This document shows, piece by piece, positions 26,591-40,361 of a stretch of 64,000 nucleotides of DNA. The position numbers and the translations under genes are program-made. The notes beneath the pieces were generated by a model, which did not search any database, was not told the DNA's origin, and was given only the letters and a program-made list of their open reading frames with translations. Origin of the DNA: Octopus sinensis (taxonomy: Eukaryota); contig NC_043002.1 in assembly GCF_006345805.1 (NCBI RefSeq), positions 63,984,001 through 64,048,000 on the forward strand, written 5' to 3'. How positions within the stretch are numbered: position 1 is the stretch's first letter; each line of letters starts with the position of its first letter.

Positions 26591-26731
26591 AAATAGTTAA
26601 TTCATAGTTATATCTATATAGTAATGGTAAGACAACAAAGGAATGAATGAGACCTCGATGTTATGGAAATAGAGGAATTTATCTGTAATATAATTACCAC
26701 ATATATTACACACGCACACACATATATAAAT

Positions 26732-26764
<33 letters not shown>

Positions 26765-26868
26765 AAACAATCGAAAATTGTTTGCATTTTATTTTAAAAT
26801 ATCCACAATTCTTGTTGCATTGCAGTGGCAAATACTAAAATGTTATTAAAAACTGAGAAGTAGTATTA

Positions 26869-26910
26869 GTAGTAGTAGTAGTAGTAGCAGCAGCAGCAGC
26901 AGCAGCAGTT

Positions 26911-26975
<65 letters not shown>

Positions 26976-27368
26976 TATATTTGTTACTGTTGTAGCTACT
27001 AGTGGAGGTGTGTTATGCATTTATTTTATTATTTTTATTATTTAATGTTTATTATATTTTTTTTGGCGATTCCTCTTTATTTTATGTAGTCATGTAATAT
27101 CTTTGTTGCTGTGACCTCGTTATCATGTCTATTAACATAATTAGAAAATTACGTTACAAGGCTTTCTAGGTGTTGCGGTCACGTCAGAACATATGTATCG
27201 ATCGAATGTATCGATTTTATAACCAATGCATGCATTACTGGAAATTAAAAATATAATAAATAAACAATAAAATTGATTGATGATACAAAAATACTCAACA
27301 TTAATCTTAATATACACGGCAGCAACGTTAATAATCATAGAAAACTACTTCTCACTCTTAGCGACATT

Positions 27369-27409
<41 letters not shown>

Positions 27410-27756
27410 GCTACTACTACTTGTACTACTATTACTACTACTACCATAGATTGTGCTGCTGACGCTACCGCTATAGCCAACCGTACAACTTCTTATAAAT
27501 CTACTACAACTAAAAGGATGGAGAAAATGAAGAAGAAGAAGAAGAAGAAGAAGAAGAAGAAGAAGAAGAAGAAGAAGAAGAAGAAGAAGAAGATCTTCAT
27601 CATCCTCATCATGATAGTGTGCCTCCTATATGCTTCATCATTGCTTTACTTGTGGAGGCTTCTGCTGGTGTTTCTCTCATTACAACCACCACCAACAACA
27701 ACACCACTACCACCAACACCAACACCAACACCATTACCATCATCGCCATTACCATC

Positions 27757-27787
<31 letters not shown>

Positions 27788-27788
27788 T

Positions 27789-27831
<43 letters not shown>

Positions 27832-27890
27832 GCTGCAGTTGACGCTGTTGCTGCTGATAATACTATTACTCTTATTACTATTATTATTGA
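26869..27890. repeat. Trinucleotide microsatellite cluster: (AGT)n, (AGC)n, (TAC)n, (GAA)n, (ACC)n
   Basis: Direct inspection. Source of the poly-T, poly-Y, poly-K and poly-L ORFs. Confidence 0.95.
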
Positions 27891-27892
27891 GT

Positions 27893-28120
27893 GAAAGTGC
27901 AGTGCATGCCACCAAATAGACACTGGGGTAAAATATACAAAGTCCAGTATACCCATCATGACTACACGTCTGATAAGGGTACACCAGGCACATGCCTCAC
28001 AACCGTATGTGTGTGACATGATGATCCCACATCAAGACAAACATGATCTTGCAGGTGAAACCCAGTTAGAATTTTCTTCAGGTCGAGTAGCCTCTCCTGC
28101 TCAAAATGTCACTGAATAAG
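27893..28120. mobile_element. Repeat D, partial copy abutting the R4/Dong fragment
   Basis: Matches 20365-20600. Confidence 0.75.
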
Positions 28121-28124
28121 AGGC

Positions 28125-29720
28125 AGTGATGAGGCATGCTTTTTTTGTCTGAAGTCTTTCAGTAAATATCTGGTGTATTTGCATCCATCGTTCTATCAGT
28201 TTGATTGGTGAAGTTCTATAAGAGTGAAATGTGATCATTTTCAAGCACTGGATGTGTATTATGTTCTCACCACTTTTTATCATGGGGCAGGTCCAGGGTT
28301 TTGCAAATTACCCAGTGAATATATTGCGCAGCTCTATCATCCCTGTTGAAATACTCTGTAGGCGCAAGAAGTATGCACATCGGGACCACATGATTAATGG
28401 CTTCATTTTGCTGTTGACATACACGACATGTTGGACAGCTGCCGATTGGCCTGGTAGTTTCTTGTAAATAGGCATTGATCTTGGGCTGCTCTGATAAACA
28501 TGTCTGTTTCTGATTTTAAGCCAGAAGCCATTAACCATTGATGGGTCAGGGCTTTGTCAAGATCGGCATTATTAGCTCTCTTTGGGTATTTGCCATTGAG
28601 AGGTTATTTCTTGCCCTTTATCATTAAGAATATCTAAGGCAACAGTTTTATCACGGGTTTTGATAAGCTTCGTTTTTTCTTTGCTTGTTTCCAGTACACC
28701 TAATTCTGGAATTTGTTGCATTAGGAATTCACTTAGATATAATTTTGACTGTTTTGTTACTGAATTTAATGCTTTCTTGTTTTCATGCTTTGGGGCAAAT
28801 TTTAACATCCACTCCTCAGAGGTTTTCAGGTAGGTTTCCAGGCCAATTGTGGCAGTCTTCATTATTAATTCCAGTTGTAAAAGTCCAGATGTAAAGTCCA
28901 CTGCCTCCTTCTTTTCTTGGCAGATAAAGTCGTTCTATATCTGCCTTAGCGTGGTGCATTATATGCATTGTCAACAGTTTTCGTATTTTGTCTGTCAAGA
29001 TTACAGATTTCAGTAATTGACCAGTTAATGATATTGAAACTGTAAGTCACGACTGGTATGGCTAAAGCATTGATCGCTTCGATCCTGTTTCTTGCATTCA
29101 GCTCTGTCTTCTGTATTGCACTTACCCTGCAATAACATTCTCTTCTGAACATTTCCCTCATCAAGGAATGTTTGATTCCGTACCCTTCAAATATCCCTAG
29201 GTACTGGTTCTAACTCCTTTATGGCATTCTGCTGGTCAAAGTTAACGTTTCTGTCATTTTCTCTTTGATAAAGGTAGCTTTTGCACATTCATCCAGGTCA
29301 AATTGCATCCTAATATCATCAAAGTATTGTTTAACAATCGTTAGCAAGTCCTGTAGTTGTTGGTCATTTTTGGCACAGAGCTTTAAATCCTCCATGTAAA
29401 AGAGATGATTTATATTTTTTATCAAACATTTTATAACAGTGTCACTGTTCAAAGTCATTGTGGTTCTCCATGATCTTATACTTACAGACAAAACGTTTCG
29501 CAGAGTAGGTTCTATTTTATACATTTCCAGGCATTTCTAAATTCAGCTCTGTGGTAGACTATCAAAAGCTTTTTTATAGTCTATCCAGGCTATCGACAAG
29601 TTTTTGTGTCGTTTGTGACAATCTTCCAATATCAACTTATTGATGAGTAGATGAACTTTACAACCATAGGGCCCACGTTTATATCCCTTTTGCTCATTAG
29701 GGAATACGCCACTGTCTATT
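28125..29720 (-). mobile_element. R4/Dong-clade LINE fragment (RT, CCHC, RLE), decayed
   Basis: EQKGYKRG, WIDYKKAFDS, INHLFYMEDLKL, AINALAIPVVTYSF, RLYLPRKEGG, GLKSET, CRVC..NEAINHV and TDRTMDANTPDI. The QGD-motif region is deleted. Confidence 0.88.
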
Positions 29721-29805
29721 GAAGAAGAAGAAGAAGAAGAGAAGAAGAAGAAGAAGAAGAAGAAGAAGAAGAAGAAGAAGAAGAAGAAGAAGAAGAAGAA
29801 GAAGA
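29721..29805. repeat. (GAA)n tract between the two R4/Dong copies
   Basis: Direct inspection. Confidence 0.95.
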
Positions 29806-30750
29806 AACAACAAAAGCTATAAAACAAATGAAATCCAAACTAAAACTAGAACAGCAACTGACCATGACAGAATGATAGCAAGGAAAGCCCCTTCATGGCA
29901 AATACTGGGCTAAAATAAATGCAAAAGAAATAGACAGAAAACTCTCAGTAATAGTTGAGAAGCTCAGGACTCAAAGCCGAGATTGAAAGAATTTTAATTG
30001 CTGCTGAAGACCAAAGCCTCCCCACCAGATATTACCAAAAACATAAAATGAAAAGAAACATAACAAGTAACTACAGAATATGTAGAGGTGGACAAGAAAT
30101 AATATATCATATTATCTCTGGCTGCCCAGCCCTGGCAAAGGAGGAATATATTCACAGTCACGACAGAGTTGGGACCTACATAAACTGGAACCTATGCCAA
30201 CACTATGGAATAACAACAGAAAAAAGATGGTATAGGCACACGCTAGAAAGTCTCACTGTAAACGAGAAAGCAACCTTACTCTGGGATATGTCAATACACA
30301 CAGATAGAGAAATTAAGGCCAATAGGCCCGATATAGTTGTCAGAGATCAGGAAGATAAAAATGCTTTCTAATTGATGTATCAATACCATAAGATGACAAC
30401 GTTTCTCTAAAAGAAATGGAAAAAATAATCAAAATAAAAAGACCTGGAAATAGAGGTAAGTGAAATGTGGAATCTAAAAACAGAAACAATTCCTATCATA
30501 GTGGGGGCATTAGGTATGATAAGAAATATTCAGACAAATACATAACAAAAACACCAGGACTTACAAATATATATATAACATAGAGAAAATTGCACTACTG
30601 GGCACTGCACACATCCTACACAAAACACTTTCACTACAGTAACCATAACAGTTTCACAGCAAACCCCTGCACATACCCACGGGACACAGAACTGTGCTCG
30701 GTAGTGAAGTGAAAACACGTTATAAAAATAAAGCTACTGAATAATAATAA
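29806..30750 (+). mobile_element. R4/Dong-clade LINE 3' fragment with RLE endonuclease, ending in (TAA)n
   Basis: PLHGKYW, AAEDQSLPTR, ICR..QEIIYHIISGC, HDRVG, LLWD..IHTDREIKANRPDIV and IPIIVGALG. 3' end ctactg-aataataataataa. Confidence 0.9.
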
Positions 30751-31229
30751 TAAGGTTATAAATAAGGGAGAATGAAAGATTAAAATAAGTAACAAGAGGC
30801 AAACAAATTTAACGACGACAAAAATTATTTTCAACGTAATAACTGTACGGATGAGCCAATTGCAGCCATTATAAAACTAATAAAAATGATGTAACAAAAG
30901 TTATTACGAAAATGCACGTACGTATGCATTGATTTTAATATAGGGAAGTAGTCAAACTTGTTATAATAGTTATAATACTTATGATAATGAAATTCTAAAA
31001 AACGTTGTGATGATAAATATGAAGAGAAAATGCACGAATAATATAGAAAAGCACAAAAAGCAGATGAAATAGATACTTTACACTCATCCATAATAATTTT
31101 TTAAAATATGTATTTGCCAAACAATAACAAAAAAAATAGGCGTGGAAAAATAGATGATGGAATATTGGAAATTGCAATATTCGATAAACTAGTGCTGATG
31201 TTAATGATAATGTCATTGTTGCTGAGAGC

Positions 31230-31369
31230 GATGCTGCTGCTGCTGTTGATGATGATGATGATGATGACGACGGCGACGACGACGATGATGATGATGATGA
31301 TGATGTTGGTGGTAGTGGCGGTGGTGGTGATGATGATGATGGCGGTGGTGGTAATGATTATTATTATTA

Positions 31370-31417
<48 letters not shown>

Positions 31418-31760
31418 GAGGATGATGATGAGGTTGATGATGATGATGATGATAGTTGTGATGGTGGTGTTGATGGTGGTGGTGGTGGTGGTGTTGTTGT
31501 TGGTTGTGGAGGACTTGGTGATACTCATGCTGGTAGCGCGGGCAGTACCATTATGGTGATGATCGTAATGACGGCGAGGGTGATCATCACCATCGTCAAC
31601 ATCATCATCGGCATCATTATGTGAATGACGGTGATGATGATGATGAAGAGGAGTATCAAGATTACTATACTGAGGACGAATTTGGGAACGGCGGTGGTAG
31701 TGGTGGCTCATTTGGTGTTGGCGGCGGTCGTCGGGGTAATAGTGATGATGAGAATTAGGA
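31230..31760. repeat. Mixed trinucleotide microsatellite: (GAT)n, (ATT)n, (GGT)n
   Basis: Direct inspection. Confidence 0.95.
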
Positions 31761-31774
31761 CGGCCATCATTATG

Positions 31775-32250
31775 AACTTTACAAGGTGCTCATGAACGAC
31801 GGATTTTGCTAGGTTGAGGCTTTCTGCCAATTCTCGGGTTGTACAATGTGGGTTATTCTCAATTAATGACTTGATTTGGCCATCATCTGTAGTGGATGGT
31901 CTGTCTGATCGCAGTTTTTCAATAAGACTACAATCTCCAACACGGAACCTTGTGAACCACTTCCGTACAGTTCTTTCGGATAAAGAAACATCGCCGTAAA
32001 CTGCGCATATTTCTTTGATTGCTTGTGAAGCATTTTTCCCTTTACGGAAACAGAAAAGCATCAAGTGCCGAAAATGAACTTTCTTAACACAGGTTATAGG
32101 AACATAAACCTTCCTCCACGAAAATATAGCTTAAATTGTGTTCTAAATGGAGGTGTAGTTAAATCCTATTTTATGGACTCAATCATGTTCTAAAATAAGT
32201 CGAAAGGCAAGCTACTATAAATCGGCACAAACTTTCCGAACAACCCAATA
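31775..32250 (-). mobile_element. mariner transposon 5' part (left TIR and HTH region)
   Basis: TIR tattgggttgttcggaaagtttgtgccg. Protein FRKGKNASQA..EICAVYG..LSERTVRKWF.RFR.GD.SL...RS.RP..DD.QIK. Confidence 0.9.
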
Positions 32251-32285
32251 TTATTATACAATACATGTACATATGTAATATTTCA

Positions 32286-32344
<59 letters not shown>

Positions 32345-32848
32345 GTATTTGCATATATAACTACGTATGTATGAATGTATATATAAAAATATATATTTTA
32401 TATATATATATGTATATACAAGTGTCCGTATATATATGTGTATGTGTGTATGTGTGTGTGCGTGTGTGTGAGTGAGTGAGTGTATGTGTCTGTTGTGTGT
32501 GTATATATATTAAAGAGCTAAGAGGTGTACACAATAATTTTCTAACCGAAATGCATACACATACGCACAGATACCCTCTGATATCTGGCGCTTGGAAACC
32601 AATTTATCTTGCATATAAAGAAGCGGGCTGAGCTTTTTCTAGATTTTTGGTATTTGTATTTATTCAGCACGTAGAATACCTAAAGTCTGATATGGAGCCC
32701 TAAAAGCATTTCTATTTGAAGACATTCTATCCGATCCCTTTCTTTCAGCGAAAGATGTTACAGCAGTAAAAAAACTACAGCGGGTGGCATGCTTGATTTC
32801 CATTCGCTCTACATACCATGTGAAATTAATTAAACTTGATAAATTCCT

Positions 32849-32917
<69 letters not shown>

Positions 32918-34106
32918 TGGATGAGAGCGATAGACAGAAATATGAAAAGGCGTATGTCGCTTGAAATGGCTGGTTTTTGTTTATTTTTGTCTAAATTTAC
33001 ATTCATATTTTTAGGGTATATTTAATAAGTTATGGATTTGCGAAAAAATACACAAACTTAAAATAGAAACAAGGCGCCTATTACACAAGGATATAAAACC
33101 AAAGAATTACAGATACAACAAAATGATATTGAAATTTATATGAATAAATATTAACAATGAAATTAGTGACTATGTGTTCTTAATGAATGCCATTTTGCCC
33201 TGAAATTTATCAATTAGCTGCAACGACAGAAAATAAGACTTCAGTTATTTGATGATGCAAATATGAGCGGAAATATCAACGTTGAATTCAGGAATTTACG
33301 TATTTGTTTACGTAACGCGGGACCGAAGGAAATCATCATTAAAGTTTATAAAATCAGAACTAGTTTAGTCTATTAATACATATCTAAAAAGTAACCAGTA
33401 TATTTTATACGCATTCACCCCACACACACAGAGACATGCACACACAGTCTCACACGCACACCCATAGAAGCACACTCGGAGGTACAAATCTGCAAATGTA
33501 CAAATGCACTATATATTCATATCTGTATGTATAATTTCTCTTTCCCCTTCATCCACAACCCCATTTTCCTTCTCTGGCTGTCTCTCTCTCTCTCCCTGCT
33601 GTCCTTCCCTGCCTGCTGCTGTCACGTTCTTCTTTCTTTCTTACACTGGTCCCTCAGATGACCAGTCGCAAATTCACTCACTCTTTTCTCAATTGTTCAA
33701 AGCATCTAAGTGTTACCCACTATTATCGTTTCCATGGCCCCAACCCGTGTTTTGCTCGCCTGTTTGTCCTCGTCAGCCGTCCTAAATCAAACTCTGTGTC
33801 GCTTTGCATGCTTTATTTCATTTTGTTTTCTTATTTCTCTAATTCCACGCAGGAAAACACTTTTTGCGGTCATCGCCAATTGGTAGGCATTCAGTCTTAT
33901 CGTTAAAGGTACGAAACTGAAGAGTACCATTGATCGATAACTGATGAAGGGTTATGGAATTTCTGTTTGTCTCCCGTTTGTTTTCATTTTCAGTATACAT
34001 TACATCGTTTGTTAATACATTTTTCACGTACACACACACACACACATACATGCACACATACATACATACATACATACATACATACATACATACATACATA
34101 CATACA

Positions 34107-34156
<50 letters not shown>

Positions 34157-34160
34157 AATT

Positions 34161-34321
34161 TAGGTGTGGCTGTGTGGTAAGAAGCTTTCTTCCCAACCAC
34201 ATGTTTCCAGGTTCAGTCCCACTGCATAGTACCTTGGATAAGTGTCTTCTACTGTAACCTCGGGTCAACCAAAGCCTTGTGAGTAGATTTGATAGACAGA
34301 AACTGAAAGAAACCCGTCGAA
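34161..34321 (+). mobile_element. SINE family A, 5' half
   Basis: gtggctgtgtggtaagaagc...ggttcagtccc...aactgaaagaaacccgtcg. Confidence 0.85.
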
Positions 34322-34891
34322 TATATATATATATATACACGCACATATGCGTGTATATATGTAGTTTGACATAATATAGTGGACACAATTTTCATAGAGT
34401 CAGCTATTGCGCATGTGTCTGTTACCAGTCCCTCTTCATTATAGCACAAAAACTGGGCATTAAAATCTTAGTCTAGTATGCATGTTCTCTGAAAGCTAGA
34501 TTTATAGCTTAACCAATTTAAAGTATACTCTGAACCGTTTCACTGTCGAGTTGCTTGCTAGGCTTTGAGTCCTGAGCTTCTCAACCATTACTGGGATTTT
34601 TCTGTTTCTTTCTTTTGCATTTTGTTTAGCCCAGTATTTGCCATGAAGGGGTTTTCCTTGATATCGTTTTATCATGGTCCGTTGTTGTTCTAGTTTAAAC
34701 TTAATATTTCGTTTATTATAAGATCTCTAAGAAGTTGATGATGTAATCTGTTTGTATGATAATTGCTTTAACAATGAATATTTTCTCTAATGAAACACGT
34801 ATAGTAATGTATTAAGTAATCGCAAAATCTCTATCTGCTTTCTTGTTACACAGTCATTCGCACATAGATTTGCACACATATTTATGTTTAG

Positions 34892-34976
<85 letters not shown>

Positions 34977-35360
34977 ATATATGTCTATATCAATATATAT
35001 TCTAACTTCTAACTAGAATTCACAGAATGATATGTTAAGTATAAACTATCTGCAATTGATACAATAAATTTAAATTGCAGGTTAGATTAATAGGTGCTTC
35101 TGAAACAACTGCTGCGAAAATCAAGCTATCAGTAATTGATTGATAACTTGCACATCGATATGTGTACCGATTTATTATTAGCCTCTTTGCATTATCACTA
35201 AATATAGTTAACTCATTTATAAATATATATATATATATACCAGTGTAGCAAAAGAAATTTAGAAAATCTTTTCTGCTACCAGTGGCTTAGCGAGAAGAAA
35301 CACTAGCCAATAGACTATATAATAATCATGTAAAAATAAAGAGTACATTTAAACACTTAA

Positions 35361-35450
35361 AAGATGGCCATAACAGGACATCTGATCCGCTAGAAGTCTA
35401 GGAGTTTAACTACTCTTTCTAGCGGGTCAGATATCTTGTTATGGCCATCT
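35361..35450. repeat. Hairpin, ~34-bp arms
   Basis: agatggccataacaggacatctgatccgctagaa versus ttctagcgggtcagatatcttgttatggccatct: one mismatch and two G.U pairs. Confidence 0.88.
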
Positions 35451-35471
35451 CTTACGTATTTAAATGTACAA

Positions 35472-35545
<74 letters not shown>

Positions 35546-36000
35546 GTTATACATGCATACACAAATATTCATGCTAGAGCATATATACTTTGCACGAATC
35601 CCGTGTCAAGTGGAAATTATAGAAATCCTATTACACAAATATCAAACCATTTTATGACAATCCAGCCTCGTTAGAATTCATAGTTTGCTCGTTTTATACA
35701 AAATTGTCGGCCATTGTTGAGCACTTCTACTATAGTTTCTAGTATATTAGTGACAACTGCATGGCATAGGTGTCGCTACGACATTTTGATAAGGATGAAA
35801 CGCGGGTATCCTTTCAGAATTTAATCATTGATCTTATTCACACTTTGCTGCATTTTCTCTCTCTTTTTCCTTACATATTCGGTTTGGCTGGTAGTTTTCT
35901 TTCGGTGTGTCTATATATTGCTTAGTTATGATGACTCGATGTAGATCGAAAATTCAATAAGAGCATGATAATACATTGAATTTAAGAAGCAATATATATT

Positions 36001-36219
36001 ATTTTATTCTTTCATTTGCTTCAGTCATTTCACTGCAGCCATGCTGGAGCAGCGCCTGGAGTCGAGCAAATCAACCACAGGACATATTCTTTGCCGAACC
36101 GCTGAGTGACGGGGACTTAAACACCCAAGCATCGGTTGGCAAGCGATGTTGGGGGACAAACATACACACACACACACACACACAGACGCACACACTCACA
36201 CACATACATACACACACAC

Positions 36220-36250
<31 letters not shown>

Positions 36251-36315
36251 CACGACGGGCTTCTTTCAGTTTCCGTCTACCAAATCCACTCACAAGGCTT
36301 TGGTCGGCCCGAGGC
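36001..36315 (-). mobile_element. SINE family A, head missing and internally deleted
   Basis: tcagtcatttcactgcagccatgctggagc...cacgacgggcttctttcag. Confidence 0.85.
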
Positions 36316-36734
36316 GCAAGAGTGGATATCTTTAAAATATATCCTCGCGGTCATTATTCTGCTACTGATAATCAGCGTCGTTATTTTCCCTGTTTCAATA
36401 TATCTGAGTGTTGTGTGTGTGTTTATTTGTGTGTGTATGCGTTGCAAAATATCTGTATTACTAAACTGACCTGATGAGATCCATCCGAATTTCCTTGTAT
36501 ATGTTGTATATACATATCTATCCCATGATGTTTATGTTTTCCTCTGTCCTCAGATTTTAAAAAAATGTCATTAGTAAAAGTTTTGTTTTCCTTTTGTGAA
36601 AACCAGCCGTTTGTTTCATTGTATGTATTTCTACTGCATTTCTAAAGCAATAGAATACACGGTCTAGTCACTGGAGTTATAATTTTGATTTTAAATTTTG
36701 GTACAACTCTAGAAGTTACAGCGATATCTGGTGC

Positions 36735-36860
36735 TCAACTGCTAATTAAGCCCCTAAAATTTGAAATGCAAATTCGAAGTAGACGGGATTTGAACTCAGA
36801 ACATGGACGAAATGCATCTAAGAATTCCCCTCCTCCGTACCAATAATACTGTCGACTCAG
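36735..36860 (-). mobile_element. SINE family C fragment
   Basis: tttgaactcagaac...cggacgaaatgc...gactcagcgcc. Confidence 0.6.
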
Positions 36861-37074
36861 CGCCTTATTTCATGCCATTGATTTTAAAACTTTTAACGTA
36901 TATGGTTTGTTGTTTGCAACAAAATATTTATTCCGTTCATCGTTTCTTTTGTATTTTCCTGTACATGTTAATATACACCTGTAATTAGAATTGCTGTCCT
37001 GTTAATAAACTGATGTAATATTATCATTGGATATAAGGTGACGTCATAATCGTTAATGCTTAGCATTATTACGT

Positions 37075-37215
37075 CTGCCTTTGTTTTCGCAGTTCAAGTC
37101 AACATTTCCTTTAATTCTTTCGGAGTCGATAAAATATATTCCAGTAGGACATTGGGATCGGTGTAATCGAATTATTCCATAGCTTACTGGCCTTGTGCTA
37201 AAATTTGAAACCAAT
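37075..37215 (+). mobile_element. SINE family C fragment
   Basis: gtcaacatttccttt...gtcgataaaat...gtaatcga...ggccttgtgctaaaatttgaaacc. Confidence 0.6.
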
Positions 37216-37227
37216 ATTCAAGGTTTC

Positions 37228-37537
37228 TTCTAGGTTTGTTCCTTCTTGAGCCATGCCTGGTTCATAAGAGCCGGTTTCCCGGTTTACTTGGCGTATAGGT
37301 TCCCCGCCTGGACTGGACGTCGGATCGTCGCAGGCGAGCTGCTAGATGCAGGAGGAAAGAGTGAGAGAAAGTTGTGGCGAAAGAGTCAGCAGGAGTTCGC
37401 CATTAACTTCTGCCGGAGCCGCGTGAAGTTTAGGTGTTTCGCTCATAAACTCACATATCGCACGGTCTGTGATTCGAACCCGCGATCCTTCGACCGTGAA
37501 TCCGCTGCTCCTGTGTACTAGGCCATGTGCCTCCACT
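37228..37537 (-). mobile_element. tRNA-derived SINE family E
   Basis: Minus-strand head gtggaggcacatggcctagt (A-box-like) and ggttcgaatc (B box). 3' end ggcatggctcaagaaggaacaaac. Confidence 0.75.
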
Positions 37538-37639
37538 TGATACCAATATTAATTATGTATAATTTCAATCACATTTGAAGCCTTCTGATATTGGTAAGAT
37601 CGTTGCCATTTATGATCCTTCTCAATCGGGCATAATATG

Positions 37640-37760
37640 TAGCACAGAGAATGGACGTCAGATACAGTAAGAGTGCCGAAAGGTTTAGAGCCTAGGGGCT
37701 GTAGGTGTCTGAACTTTGGAAGCCTGTGGTCAGTGAGCTCCGAGGTGCAAAGAATATTAT
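37640..37760 (-). pseudogene. Possible PLE C-terminal relic
   Basis: DHRLPKFRHLQPLGSKPF weakly resembles the EQ.LIF.L.TLQP.GLN ending recalled for Neptune-like PLEs. Confidence 0.25.
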
Positions 37761-40361
37761 AGATGAGGGACAGAAGTAATAGAAAATAGAGACAAGCAGA
37801 GAGAAAACAGAAAGGATAATGCCAAAAGACAGAGAAATTAAACAGCGGAAGGTGCATGCAGAGGAGACAGCAGAAAACATAGAAAGGGATGACACGAGGG
37901 AAATTGAAATGGAAATAACAAAACGGTAATAGTAGGTAATAGTAATGAAGTAAGGCAGAAGAGATTATGAGAAAAGACAAGACATGAGGCAGCAAACAAA
38001 GTGAGAGAGAGAGAGGGAGAGTTCTTTTGTACTAATGTGTATTTCTTTCAAGGTTATTATATCTATCCTTCATGGAACAAATTAAATGCTATCTTTATTT
38101 GTATTCTGTGTTGAAGATAGCAAATGTACGTCAACGTAGCAACTGTAAAATATAGGATTTGTTTCTTTATACTCTTTATTAGTGTATCATGTGCTATAAT
38201 AATAAGGAATCACTTGGGTTTTGAAACAAAATGTTTGATGTTTCTGTTCTTTGATGCTTATACTTTAGCTACTATTTATCACCACGTGGAATTCACAAAC
38301 ACTAATTGTAATTGTGTCTACAAGTTTGTTTGTTCATCCATCCTTAATTATCTCCTGTTTTATACATGTCAACCTTTTCACATATAAGATCTTTCTTTCT
38401 CTGTAGATATTTCATATGTCATATCATATATATTTACATGGCTGTGCCTCAAAGCTACACAAAAGACAGTCTAAGATAATTCTAGCTTAAAGCAAACTTA
38501 TTATATTGAGAGATTGTTAATTTTTTTCTATTTCTTTGATAACGAACATTATGATTCGATGTAAAACAACTACACGATGAATGCAATGCGGCCTTGAAAG
38601 ATATGTTTACGATCTATATCGAATTAGCATAAAGTTATGTTAAAAATAAATAGGGAAATCATTAAACGCTTTCACCAGACTAAACACATACACTTGGTGC
38701 AAACACGTTCTTTCTACGAAATATAATCAAGTACGCACATGAAGGTGAGCATAACATAAAGTGTAAACACATCGCACTCGGTTTTGATTATAAGTATTCC
38801 AATATTGGTTCAATCAAAATACATGTTCCTCTTATTGTTGGAAGTAGCTTAGCATTCAACTGACATGTGTTGCGATTTCCAAAATGTTTAGACAGAATTA
38901 TATTGCAAAACGCTTTTGTTTTACAAATGCAGTTGTTAACACAGGCTTCCATGCATAATTTGTATCCTTCATTTCATTTACAGAGGTTGGAGGACTCCAA
39001 GATTACGGGGTGGGGGAAACTGTTGGTGAAAATATTCCGCAGAATTATCAACACCGAAATTTGTCATTGCGAAACCATCTTTGTAACCATCAGAACACAA
39101 TTCATGTAGACACACCCACACAAATACACACATATATACACACACACACATCACACATTGACTCGTATACCCTAAAAAACATGAACTCGCACATAAAGGC
39201 ACACTGACAAAAGGGCGTGTCGATTTTTTTATTAGCATCGTCTCAAACATTCAGCATAAACATAGGTCATTATCAATACGACTATTTAATAATATCTAAG
39301 ACATCAGCAATAAATATCTAGTCAAACGTAAAATGATCAAAATAATCTCGTTACAGATTATTACAGATGAAAACCGTATTGGATTGATCCGCTATATGTT
39401 TTGTGTTTTTCTTGACACTATATTTAAAATGATGATATTCAATGTCTTTGAAACGTCTCTTATATAGCTATTGACGCGACATAAGCTACATCCGATACCA
39501 AATCTTCATACCTTGCCAGATTTCAAACAATCCACATCACCAGTCTAAAAAGTTGATGGCCGCGGTTTGTCAACGCTGGTTCGGTTCATTCAGGAAAGAG
39601 ATTGCACAGAATTAACTGTTAACAATACCAGTCGGACGTCTTCTATTACGCTTAGATACTCGCAAATACATCACATACACACTGACGCATATGCACAAAG
39701 ATATTCATTTACACACACGCGCGCGCACACATACACACATACACACACACACACACTTGCAAATACACACTAGCACTTGTAATTCGCTTTACATAGCGCT
39801 GGGTTATACTTGGTTTCAATTTAGCTTGACTTTCGTTTGACGAGATTTTCTTTTCTTAATTTTACGTCACAATTACAAACACACACAATATCATTTCCAC
39901 TTCGGTTTTTACATTTGACTCCGTTTTGTTTCCAATTCATTCTTCGATAAGGAGGTAAACCACACTTGCAACTAAAACATTTGTTAGAACAAATCTTGAT
40001 CTGACAAGAGGGCCGCGATAATAGACCATGAAACGCGTTACATACACCAATAGAGAACAGCATGTAAATATTGGATTCAGAAACACTTTTAGTTTGAAAA
40101 ATTCGAAGACTGCCCGTGGCACACAAGCCCACATCTCATATAGACATGATAGGTTTTCTAACATTAGATTTTTCTAACCGAAAGGGGATTTCAACCCAAT
40201 ATGTGCATGCTACTCTTTGTAGTTGTATGTGAAACGATTCGAGAAACACTTTTCCTACGACAGAATTCTATCACCTTTACTCGAATGTTTATAAAATACT
40301 GACGTCAACAACATCTGTAGATTATTTTTATAGCTATATATATATGTGTGTATATATAATT

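Noticed and set aside
28125-30750. Twin-priming 5' inversion of a single LINE
   Set aside because: Both orientations contain their own, different CCHC and RLE regions, which indicates two elements.
33745-33782. Minus-strand ctgacgaggac hammerhead-like start
   Set aside because: No complementary stem II strand or GAAA follows.
36469-36495. ctgatgagatccatccgaat
   Set aside because: GAAU instead of GAAA, and no stem I or III.
38981-39130. Acceptor-like tttcatttacag followed by open frames
   Set aside because: No convincing donor or recognisable peptide; indistinguishable from chance.
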